From positions 26,099,648 through 26,163,647 of the forward strand of contig NC_092673.1 in assembly GCF_964355755.1 (NCBI RefSeq): a stretch of 64,000 bases of DNA. The letters run 5' to 3'. This document shows positions 52,264 to 64,000 of the stretch, one piece after another. The position numbers and the translations under genes are program-made. The notes beneath the pieces are model-generated. The model ran no database searches, was not told the DNA's origin, and saw nothing but the letters and a program-made list of their open reading frames with translations. The stretch comes from Antedon mediterranea (Eukaryota; Animalia; Echinodermata). The first letter of the stretch is position 1, and each line of letters opens with the position of its first letter.

Positions 52264-52417
52264 AGCTCTGTCTACACTATCAAACTAGTTTGACAAAAAA
52301 AGTGTGATGCCCAAATATGGTAATTATATTCCCAAATATTGTAGTGATATCATCATGTCCATATATGGGCACATCACATTTTTGTGTCACATAAAGTTTG
52401 ATAGTATAGACAAAGCT
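52264..52417. mobile_element. Harbinger/Tourist-like MITE, full length
   Basis: TAA|AGCTCTGTCTACACTATCAAACT...TTTGATAGTATAGACAAAGCT|TTA. Confidence 0.9.
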
Positions 52418-55400
52418 TTAGACAGGTAATATGCCGATGCTTGTTTTACATTCTATTTTATACGTTAGGATATATTAAATAAGTCAATTAAGCTTTTTTT
52501 CATATGTTTCAATCACATTATTTTGTTATTGAATTTGATAGTGAAATATTAATGCGTTAAAAATGAAAAAATACAGCCTGTATGATATATCTTCCAAGCT
52601 ATTTGATAAAATGTCCTTAGTCACTTGGTTCAGAATAATGTATGCCAAGCTATTACATTAAACACTCAATCTTTAATGTTATTGACTTGTTATAACGAAT
52701 GGCAGAATTTCTCCCAGTGGGTCTATTACAAATATTGGATAGCTTAGCGTATAAATACATTGACTAATGAATGTTGCATCTGGGAGTATTACTACTAATA
52801 ATATACCACCAGGTTTCCATGTGAGTTGCATTCTGATCAGTAATCAAACGGAAAAAGAAAATCGGCAAGAATAGTTTAAAACCGAGTAATGAATGTAAAA
52901 TAGGTTAGGATTTGTTGTATCGATGGAGCAACTGTTCCACAATATTTATACAAAAAGTAATTATTGTAAAATTAATAGATTTTCAGTTATAGACATGTAA
53001 TTAACTCCAAATAAGAAGTTTTGCAAAAGTCTTGTCAACACTGTCTATAATAACACTGATATGCCGCAGTGTTTCAACAGAAAATGTAGAAAATCAAATT
53101 AACTCAATATTACTTTGCCAGAAATGTGATACTTGAAATCGTATATGAAATATGTAATTGAGATTTTCCCATCATAACATAATTAATGATAGTTGTTTAT
53201 AGATACCTTCTGTTGATACCTTACTTAGGACACCGCAATATCAAAACTTGATAGTATTTAATCAAATTGCAATGAAACAATTTGGCAGATAAATGGCGTG
53301 TGTCAAAGGTTAAAATATTAACATTCTTTACTAAATGTATCCATAATATTTGTTTACTATTGGTAATTTAATATAGAATAATATGAGTGCATCTTCAAAT
53401 TTCAATTTCACCAAAACAAATTTTACACTTTTCATACAATGTATTTAAGAGATTATCAAGATAAATTAAATCTGATCCAGAAATAACTGATTATATATAT
53501 AAAAATGAAATTTACATCCCAAGTTGACTTGACGTTAAATGAATTCCTACGAAGTTCAGTAACCTGGCTAAAAACGTATGTTTTCACGGGCCATTTTCTG
53601 CTGGCAGTGCAAAAGGTATATGAAATTAAATATGAAATTTCATAAGAGCATACAAATTATCGGACAAATGTTGAATACAAAATGGCCATCAATTACAAAA
53701 TCTGACAGATTATATCTCATGGAAATCTCCAATATTTATTTTAGATAGTTTGAATAGTCTTAAGCATACAGCAATGGCAGTTGGCACAATCTTATCACAT
53801 GACCTAATCTAACAGCGGTGTAATGTTACAAGAAATTAGCAGAAGCTGACAAATTGCCAATCAAAAGCGTCACGCATGATGTGAAACACCAGGCAACAGA
53901 ATGGTAGTGGCTTCTGCTCAATAAGCACTTAACAAAACCTATACAAAATATTTCAAGTGTGTATTCTTATGTTTGGTTAGAAAAAAAAATACAAATGCGT
54001 TCAACTTGGCAATACATAGAGCAGCCGTACATGCACGATAGTTGGAACTTTACCATTTGCACTTTTATTATTATAATTTATTATTATTTTTGTATTTTAT
54101 ATTGCAGCCATACAATACTTAAAATACATCATGAATACATCATCAGAGCATTTAGAGTATATTCTTGGCCCTAAGGCCTGCTTCTTTCGTTAATTACTCC
54201 CTAGAATAATATCCTGCATAGTTCCTACTCAGTACAGCTGTAAAAAGACAGATATACAGTACATAGATATACAGTAATAGCTGTGGGCAATCCTATGGAA
54301 TCAAAACGTAAAAACAAGCCCTACTATACATGGCTGCCGAAAATCAGATACATATCAACAGTAGCAAATAAAGCCTACGATTAGTCACAAAATAATACTG
54401 ATCTAAAAATATAATTGAGACAATGTATTTTGTCATGTTTTATAGTGGGATAACAACAATCCTGTAGACATTTTTAACAGTTGGTAAATCACCCCTAGGA
54501 TTAGGCCTACAGTATTTACCACTACTTCTGGCGCTCCTGGTCTCTAGTTAGAAAAGGGCTCTTCAGCAAAAGGGTTTTGTTCGAACCTTCAAATAGCATT
54601 TGAATAGACATCTAATCTCTCTTTCCCTCTATAGTATACTATTATTTATATGTTTTCGATGTTTAATTAATATTCATTGATTGTCCGTATTACTGCGGAC
54701 AACTTTTGGATGAAAAACATTTGGGAATTTGATTTAATTAAATGTTGCAACTTAACAAGCCAGACTTGTGTATTAACTAATCAATGACGTAATATTGTAC
54801 ACTGTGGGAGATAAGAAAGTAAAATGCCTGTACAAACAGAGAAGTACAAACTATGTCTCGCTATTCAATGCTATCGTGCTGGAAAGATATTCTCTCCTGC
54901 TGTCTTGCATAATGGATTTCTTCGTAGCAAAATTATGTCTATGAATATTTATATGGAAAAAACCCCCATAAAACACTGCTCATTGGTTGATTTGTAAAAA
55001 TAAGTTTTGAAAATGAACAATAGTAAATGTCTCAATATCTATTTGTAGTAATATGCCTTTGTGTTATGTTCATAAAAATCTGTGTTGTATGCTATACACA
55101 ATTTTATTTTGATTCTTAGAAACTTAACAATGGCTGTATTTTTAAATTGAAAATTAAATAACATTTTTTTAATATATAAAATTAAAAGTCTTTTACTTTT
55201 CAGTGTTAAATCAAATTAAAATTCATATTATTTTAGTTAATACTCACTGATTTAATCATCTTTTTTACATTCACCATTGAGACGACCATTATAAGATGAC
55301 CATTGAGATGACCATGGGAGCCCAGAGTCCTCCCAGGGTTCATTTTAATTATATTAATGGCAATGTATTACACAGCACTGTGATATGAAGATGCCAATTA

Positions 55401-55569
55401 AATTGACTGGGAATCAATATAATTAATTTTATATTATGTAAAAAATATTAATTATATATTAATAGTCTGATCAGTAAACATGACTAGATAAATATAGATA
55501 TCAACGCATTTGGCTAAATGCCAGTGGATATCAAGATACATTAGATTAACATTGGTAATAAATATATAA

Positions 55570-55830
55570 ATGCTGTTGTCGAATAAGTGCTATTGTTGAA
55601 TAAGTGACGTTGTTGAATAAGTGCCGTTATAGAATAAGTGCCATTAATTGTCAAATAAGTGTTGTTGTTCAATAAGTGTCTTTGTCGTTGTCGAATAAAT
55701 GACGTTGTCGAATAGGTGCCATTGTGGAATAAGTGCCCTTGTCAAATAACTGTCGTTTTCGAATAAGTGTTGTTGTTGAATAAGTGACGTTGTCGAATAA
55801 GTAAAGTTGGCATAGATTAAGTGGTTCACA
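55570..55830. repeat. Degenerate 17-bp tandem repeat, about 15 units; probably DNA-transposon subterminal repeats
   Basis: GAATAAGTGCCGTTGTC consensus, ending in GATTAAGTGGTTCAC. Confidence 0.85.
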
Positions 55831-56162
55831 ACTAAATTATATAATTCATCTTGAAAAAATGTGTTAATAATGAATACTAAATTGGTTCAAGTCAATTGAA
55901 TATTCAGATACCATCACCATAAGTAATATATCATTTTAAAAATAATTATTTGCCAGTCAATAGTAATCATTTTCTAAATTGATACACTAATGAATTAAAA
56001 ACTATGAATAATAAATTATTTAACAGAGATCTACTAATTTTTTAAGAAGAAAAATATGTCCAAGTTTATAAGTATAAAATACTTCTTTTTTAAAATATGT
56101 TAAATTTGTAAAATCTACAAAAATGGGAAAACAAGAACATAACATTAAATATTAGATTTGAA

Positions 56163-56616
56163 CTACTTCCCAAAAATGTTACCAGGGACCAAAACTGAAA
56201 AGTACTTATTTAATTGTAGTACTATTTAAGATATCAATATAAATAATATATAATTAATATACTCATCTATATCTTTTTTTAAATTACTTGTATTAATTTG
56301 TGAGTTAAAGTATATCTACTTCCAAAAAATGTTACCAGGGACCAAAACTCAAAAGTACCCATTTAATTGTAGTACCATTTATAATATCTATAAAATAATA
56401 TATAATTAATATTTTAAACTCATCTATATCTTTTTTTTTAATTATTTGTATTAATTTGTGAGTTAAAGTATATCTACTTCCCAAAAATGTTACCAGGGAA
56501 CAAAACTCAAAAGTACCCATTTAATTGTAGTACCATTTATAATATCTATAAAATAATATATAATTAATATTTTAAACTCATCTATATCTTTTTTTAAATT
56601 ATTTGTATTAATTTGT
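56163..56616. repeat. Three-copy tandem repeat, about 153-158 bp
   Basis: CTACTTCCCAAAAATGTTACCAGGGACCAAAACT occurs at ~56163, ~56316 and ~56474. Confidence 0.92.
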
Positions 56617-56876
56617 CTATCTCCTTTTATTTATTTATTTTCTCTTTGTATTAATTTGTCAGTTACAGTATATAAAAACCAGTGAAAATGATTTCTTACA
56701 ATTATGTTGGCATTAGCTATATGCAATTAACACTTAAATAAAAAAAAAGTATTCATTGGTTTATATAAAACCAAAGCAGTTTGATTTCTTACGGCAATTT
56801 ATACATGTCACTATAAGCCGGCATTTGTGAATTATCGCAATACTACCGTCTTACATTGGAATTCTAAAGGAAATAC

Positions 56877-56897
56877 CTTTCATAATTCCATTTCTTT
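56877..56897 (-). other. Candidate 21-nt microexon of an unidentified host gene
   Basis: Minus strand: AG-free T-rich tract ...TTTTAACTTTTTTTACTTTCGTATTTGTTTGCAG|AAAGAAATGGAATTATGAAAG|GTATTT. Length is divisible by 3 and two frames are open. Confidence 0.3.
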
Positions 56898-59073
56898 CTG
56901 CAAACAAATACGAAAGTAAAAAAAGTTAAAAAACAAGTTCAATATTTAACGTTGCACTGAACCCATATTTATGTATAGTTTATATTCATAGTATATGTTT
57001 TATCTACTTTACTGGTGAGATGTTACACTTGATTGCAGTGAGTGGTTGAGTAAGTGCAGAATCTGTTGGGGCTTTAGCCTATTCTTACTCACTCACTGGT
57101 TATAAATTGGTAACCAAATAAATAACTGTGTAATCGATTCTATTCATTCATTCTCTTAACCAAATTTATGCATACATTGATTTTGTAAAGTTTAGAATGT
57201 AAGACATAGCCATACTGGTTGAATGTTACAAATATGCAAATAATATAAAACTTTTAACCAATCAGGAAGCCATAATCTGTTAGGTCACAATGCAATACAT
57301 TTCACATTACTGTAAAGTTCAATAGACTACAGTCATTCTAACCTTTTAACGTTTCACACCTCGTTTCACATTTCATGCACTACCTTTCTCTCAACATGAA
57401 ATTATTGTATTCCAGGAGGGTTGAATTCTTGAATTAATGACATGTTTCTCACGAAAGAGTAAATTAATTGACTGAATCAAATTTGTTGGGAAAAAAACCA
57501 ATATCGTTCATTCTAGGCATGAAATTGATTGATGCGTTAAAGGGTTGAGTGCTCAGAACCCCACAAGCATTCATCAATACATGGCTATGTATGTTACATG
57601 AATATCATGCTATTGTAGATTGTGGTTGTCTTGCAGTATATAACATAGTGTGTTTTTGCCCAACACTATAATATACGATGTATTACAGAGCTATATAAGA
57701 TATACACCTGATAAACCCATGCTTTATAATCTTTGTCTCATTATAAGCCACTTGGCCATAGGAGGCAAGCAGAACTATTGCTATAATATAACAGCTACAC
57801 CTTCCTCAGACAGATGTTAAAAATAATCTTTATATAAAAAAAATGATATAAATAATAATTTTCGGGATGTTAAGCCAATGATGATGATGCCCATGGAAGG
57901 ACTAAGAGTTGACATTGGTAACAATTTTAACCAAAAAGAAATGTGAGAATACTGTACAATATATATTCAGTAGAATTTAAAATACATCCCAGTTGAGTAA
58001 ACTATCGTATTCTCAAACAAAACTATTAATCCAAAATCGAATTAATGAAAAATATAGGTATGTATATGGAAATATTTTAAACCTAAACTGGCAAGTGACA
58101 AACATTATTTATTCATCAGGCCTAATTGAGAGAGTTCTTTAAGAACAAGGTCATATACATGGCTGCAGTTGCGTGCTCAAGTTAGTGTTTACCGACCAAC
58201 TGACCAACATAGTGAGCTGTATAGAGTCGCGTTGCAAGCGACTAAAATAAGTAATTTATACATATTTGTAGATTTTTTGTTTTATAGAAATGAGGTTAGA
58301 GAATTATCTAAATTCTACACATGTTTTCTTCAAGCAGCCGTAATAGTATTAAGTACAGTTTAAGATAAACCAAAAATGGAAAGAAACATTCCAAAATAAT
58401 CATTAAAACTGAAAAAGAGGGGGGAAGGGGATTAGAGACACATAATTACCTATTGTTAAACTTTTGCATTGTATTTAAGATCTTTCATGATGGCTTTTTT
58501 TCTGATATGTTTTGAGTGATCTATTAAAGTTCTACAATCAAATACGCATTTACTTCCATTAGTTTTAATCCTGAATAAACTTAATGAGATTGAACTTAAA
58601 GAATAGTTCATAAGGTAACATGGTCAATCGCACAAGAATACATACTGCAGTGTAGTATATTTTATTTTACTTTTGATTTTTATATAGTAAGTATTATGTA
58701 TTTACCAAAAGACTTGGAAGTATAAAGTAGTACTGACAGTTCCGCTGTTTTATGGTATATTTATTATTCATGGTAACAGCAGAGTAGAAAGAAATACATA
58801 TAGTAAAATTATGTCACAACTTGTTAACAATCAAGCTAGAGTGTGCTACTGATAGATACTCTACCAACCTGAATATTTGGCTTTTGCTTTCGATATTTGA
58901 TTGAAGTGGATGATAAAATTAGGAATTTAGAACATAAGGTATATTTAAATGCTTGATCCATTAATATAAAAAGCTCCTCAACCTATTACTGTATTTCAGG
59001 AATCTCGGCTCATAGTTTTAACCCAAAATTTGAAAAAGTAAAAGTATATAATTGTATACTAAGATATTGCACT

Positions 59074-59378
59074 TTGAGTGGCCGAGCGGTTAAGACAGTG
59101 GAACCATAATTATGTATCCATAACATCGGCAAGGGTTCAAGGCTCACTCGCTTTATGGTTCTGCTGGTAGACCAAGTCTTCTCTGATAAAGGATTATAAA
59201 CCGTAGTCTCGTGTACACATCTAGCTCATGTGCACCTTAAAGAACCTAGTACATCTTTCGAGACGAGTAGGGCGTTACCCCGGTGTACTAGTACACACAC
59301 AACCACTGATCATAACTGGGCCCTCTGGGAAAACAGTCTTTGACTGAAGAGGCTACCCAGTATAAAGATAATAATAAT
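59074..59378 (+). mobile_element. tRNA-derived SINE with Deu/Nin central domain
   Basis: A box TGGCCGAGCGG, B-like GGTTCAAGGC, TAAACCGTAG..GCACCTTAAAGAACC..GAGTAGGGCGTTACCCCGGTGT, and an (AAT)n tail. Confidence 0.85.
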
Positions 59379-62300
59379 AAAATTGTGGCCTTGCACTTTG
59401 TAATATCTAAGGTAGAATAGAAAGAAGTTGAAGGTAAAGTATGAGGCATTAACTACTTATGAATGATGAAGTAGAAAGTATGACCACCCACTGTCACTGG
59501 ACTAATACAAAATGGTTCAACACTGTATGTACAGTGATTGAATTGAGACGATCACAGTCAGGTTTCCTTACTTAATAGCTGCAACCGTGTTAATTACACA
59601 CAGGGAATTAACAGATTAAAGGTCTCTTGCATGTACCTTCAACTTGAATTATCATCTGTAAGAAACTTGAGCAGTAACAAAAGAAATGGCAGAGCAAAAT
59701 TGGTGATATAGGGGTCAGGGGGATGAATGCGGCTTGCCTGGATAAGCATACTGATCACCCATTACCACAGAGACATGGTACGATCTATGAATCTGAACGA
59801 CAAAAAAAAACAAATAAAACTACGACCTTGTGGCCACTAATCAAATATCAAAATCGTAGAAATATGTAATAAAAAATATGTAATAAAAAAGTTACATATG
59901 TTGTGTTTTTTTTATTGTGCTAGCAAAATTGATGTTTGTTTAAATTAAATTTTTCGATTAAAAATAAAAAATATATATATGTGAACTTCTTTTTAAAATT
60001 AACAGTGTTAACCATAATTAGGAGAGTCATATACAAAGCTCTTGAGGAAGAGGAATCAAATTAAGAATGGGATAGACTCCTATATCTCAAAATAGAAAAG
60101 ACGACAACAAATATATTATATAATTATGACACAATTTTGATTTCTTTTGACCAACTAACAGTGAGCATGGATGACCTTGCTTGACACCGAATAACCAAAT
60201 TTGTGATCAAGATGAAAGCATGCTCAATGCTCACAATATTTTCTCATGGCGCCGGACCAAATCCGGGCGTGACATGAAAGCAGCTTTGGCCTAATATAAG
60301 GAGATACAGTGTTATTCTGAAACAAGGGATTACAGTATACCATTTTCGTTTATGGTACACAAAACAAAGAAATGTTACCACATGACTCATACAATTATGC
60401 AAAATCTACTAGCAGTATACGATACTTCTGAAGCCAAATCATGAAATTCCAAGTTAAACATAAATTTGTATAGATTAAAGCTGAAAAGGTTGGTATAATC
60501 ATGGAGGTACACTAAACATGACATAATTTGGTGAATATGTTTGGAATTTAAGTGCAAGTATACTTTATATCATAAATCTATAAAAGTATTGTAAACTAAG
60601 ATACAAAGAGGCCTAATTAGTATAATCATCATCATATAATTAACTACAGTAGAGTAGAAAATATACCATTGCCACTAGGGAGGTAGTTTAAAATCTACCC
60701 ATGGACCATTCCGGTTGTTTTGATAGCCCATGTGTTTGGATGCATGCAGGCAAAAACGAACAAATGTACAAATACTCTCTCTTAAAATAGATATATTCTG
60801 GAAAATTGTGAACATTAGTCACACAAAACAGGTTAATATTAATATTCCTTTTTAGTAGTTAAGACGTTTTTATAATGGCAGTTACCTTGAATAATGTAAA
60901 CCCATTTGGATTAAGAATTTAGATTATTCTACTCTGCATATTAAACAGTGAATTTTATTTTTTTTTGTATTTTTATGTTAATCAAGTCGTGTCAACAAGG
61001 TGATACAAGGTCATAAATATTAACCCAGGAGGCCACTTTTAACTCATATTTCCAATATTAAATAATATGCAAAGTACAAAAGTTTAGCACTAATATAGAA
61101 TACAGTAAACATCCATGTACAACACCTAACACAGTTCAATCTACTTGTAATGCTTAGAAAAACACAATTTTGTCACATGTATAAAAAAATCTTTGATTTA
61201 CGTTTACTCTGAAACAGAAAGCAGGTCGTACTGAGAATTGGTTACATTTAATGTATTATATAGAGTTTAAATTCTTGTCTAGCTACAGTAGACGTATTAC
61301 AGTAGTAGCAGCAAGTATCTACAGCATATATTCCAAAAGCAAAAATAATTCAACAATCAATCATAGAATAAATTTATTCAATTTGTCAATTCATTATAAG
61401 CTTTGGATCAATCAAGAAATGCCAATAGTTTAATACTTTCAATGGAGGTACATACATCCATCATGATTAATATTACTAATGAAAATAAACTTTAACACTA
61501 TTTTTACACTATGGGATAATCAGGTCCCTAATTATAAACTGTATTCTAAAAGCTGGATTTGAGAAAACATGTCTACACAATTTATCTTTATTTAAGCAAA
61601 ATTATATGGCGAGAGTAAATATATCTATGCAGCCTGTATAAACCCAAGTCCACTGTAATAAAAGGTACTCTTTTTAGGCACGCACTATGTAGTGCGGCTT
61701 GTCTGTGTATTTATTTTGTTCGTTTATTTACTAAATTGTTTTTTTGCCATGTATGTTGAGATCTATGGATTTATGCTTTATCTTATCTTATTTAAAGCAA
61801 CATCACATTATAATTAGCATAAACTCGTAAACTATAACATTATAGTGTTTAGACTCTTCCGTTGTGTCACAGATTGAGGGAGACTATCCTGTAAAGACGA
61901 GTACATTTAAATGGTGGATAACTTTTGCATCATAGACGACACACGCATCCTTATACCCTTATCTTTCATAGCAAATAACAGGTCAGTGTCATAATGAGGT
62001 TCCACTAAATAGTTCATGGTTCAGACCAATAGTAATGGGTACAATACGAAAGCATGATGCTGTAGGTATAAACAAGCCTTAAATATTCATATTGATTGTT
62101 TGTGAAATGATATATCTGGAAAAAACTTGTACAGACCAATTATTCACGAGAGAAAAAAACGAAAAATGAATTGTGTCGGTAATCAGTGAAGCTCGAAAAA
62201 CACATTTCCGCTGTAATTTTGTTTTGCAATTTTGAATAAAATAAACACAGAAGCTATAAGACGTAACATAATGTAAAGCAGCCATCTATAGCAATTTCTC

Positions 62301-62603
62301 TAAGATGCATATACTGTAATAAATGTTGCAAATGTATTACAATTGACAGCTTTCTATGTACACATTCATAGCTAGAAATAAACATGTATAGTTCATTCTA
62401 TTTGTGCATTCATAAATATTCCTCAATTGATAGCGTTTTTGTGTCATTTACTGCTATGAATACTTTATTACCATTTTGTAGTGACATTTGTTACGCATCA
62501 AATTTCCAAACATGTTTTAAAAAATAAATATTGAATTTGTAGATTTTTAAATATCAATGACATCTATATATTCATCACATTTAAATATATATGCTATATT
62601 TTC

Positions 62604-62740
62604 GCTTGCACTGATAAAGAGCTAGTGTTGCCTGAAAGCTCTGCTAATTTTTCTGGGTGTTTTACTTTTTCGTTTTGATTTAGCTTTTTGCTTATTTTAT
62701 TTTGTATCTCCATTGAGATCCACCCACAGCATTGTCATTA
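62604..62740 (+). mobile_element. PLE family A copy with mutated hammerhead (62608-62644)
   Basis: GCA-CTGATAA-AGAGCTAGTGTTGCCT-GAAAGCTC-TGC followed by the family A body. Core G8 and stem II are altered. Confidence 0.85.
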
Positions 62741-63730
62741 TCTATATATAAATTATAGTTAATTCTGACATAGGCGAGTTCAATGGAAAAACTTCGGTAC
62801 AAATCTCCGCCTTGGATACCTACCTGATCTATCTCAGATGTATCGTGAAATGTGAATTTGATAACATTAGTTTTCACTATTACGATATTGTTCCATATTT
62901 CTATCTTAGGAAGATATTATAAAGAGTAGATTTTCAACTCAATTTCAATTGTACGCGGGTCAAAGTAATTTCCGGGTTCACGATGAGTTCACCTTGCAAC
63001 AACCTGGTTTAAACTAAGTTGGCCGTCATTTTTGTTTATTTTCGGAACGGACTGTGCGTGTAAAGGTACAGTAGTTAAAAAATAAAAATTATACTGCAAA
63101 TTAATAAAGATCAAATTAAATATACGCCATAAAGCGATCGGAATATATTGTGGGGAATAGTATTATAAAATGACATAGGGAGATCGGATAATAAGACATT
63201 TTGTTTAAAATCAGTGAAATCCTGATAACAGTATTGAGTAAGCTGGCAGGAATAACTGTAAACTATCTGTGTTCTGTTAGGATCGAGATGTCTGCCCATG
63301 TTGCAAGCCGTCTAAAACGTCTTCTTTCTTTAGGTCGAAACGGCATAATTTGTCGCTGAAGTAAGTTTCAAAAGATGTTTAAATTAAATAATGTATTAAT
63401 AAAAAGAATGGTATTTATTTGAATAAACGTCTTCCCAATAAAACATCACTTTGAATAATAATCCCTATCATCCTCCTCCCCCCCCCCCCCACCCCCCCCC
63501 CCCCCCCCCCAACCCAACTATCTAATAAACGCCTATCCACATTTATACACACAATATTGTATTATATTTATAATAACACAATTATACTATTTGTAGTAGA
63601 ATTCATCGCACTGTTATCTACAATTTACCAAGCATTTGTTATTCTTTTTTACCACTTTTCATATCGCCCTTTTCAGTATTTTGCTTTTGGATTTGTTATA
63701 TTTTATTTAATTTGTATATATTATTTTACG

Positions 63731-63959
63731 TTATCCATATTCCTTCACTTGCACCGATGAAGGGCTAGTGTTGCCCGAAAGCTCTGCTAACTTTTCTGGC
63801 TGTTTTACTTCTCGTTTTGATTTAGCTTTTCGCTTTTATTTTGTATCTCCATTGAGATCCAGCCACTGATACCCACAGCATTGTCATTTTGTATCTCCAT
63901 TGAGATCCGCCACTGATACCCACAGCATTGTCATTTTTTTAGTAATTTGCCTTTGGATT
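63731..63959 (+). mobile_element. PLE family A copy with near-intact hammerhead (63751-63787) and an internal 48-bp duplication
   Basis: GCA-CCGATGA-AGGGCTAGTGTTGCCC-GAAAGCTC-TGC (one core change), ending AGTAATTTGCCTTTGGATT. Confidence 0.9.
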
Positions 63960-64000
63960 GATATATTATTTTAATGTATACCTTTTATTTGTAACAAGGG

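Noticed and set aside
57345-57541. Possible TTAA-flanked element
   Set aside because: The inverted ends are too degenerate to support a call.
61195-61235. Minus-strand acceptor CTGCTTTCTGTTTCAG followed by AGTAAAC|GTAAAT
   Set aside because: Short tract and weak donor; expected by chance in AT-rich DNA.
63477-63510. Poly-C tract (also poly-G at ~29757 and poly-A at ~21823)
   Set aside because: Simple homopolymers with unreliable length and no further evidence of function.

Overview
AT-rich (roughly 30% GC by eye) eukaryotic DNA with no intact protein-coding gene; it looks intronic or intergenic. The repeat types (Penelope-like elements, Deu/Nin-, V- and CORE-type tRNA SINEs, RTE and CR1/L2 LINEs, Harbinger, Tc1/mariner, piggyBac and Helitron derivatives) point to an invertebrate animal, plausibly a marine deuterostome (inference only). 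Main content: (i) a 42-bp and a 67/68-bp satellite, each with a higher-order period (882 and 942 bp); (ii) at least six copies of a short Penelope-like (PLE) terminal-repeat element carrying a minimal type I hammerhead ribozyme, with the 4-kb 67-bp satellite sitting inside one copy as an amplified piece of it; (iii) a second, unrelated PLE 3' end with the GIY-YIG C-terminal MNRDEG motif and its own hammerhead; (iv) a decayed RTE-clade LINE and many MITEs and SINEs; (v) isolated minus-strand splice signals (AG|GT sites about 21 kb apart and a 21-nt microexon candidate) that may mark a long host intron. The splice-signal reading is speculative. Almost all ORFs in the supplied track are spurious or repeat-derived.
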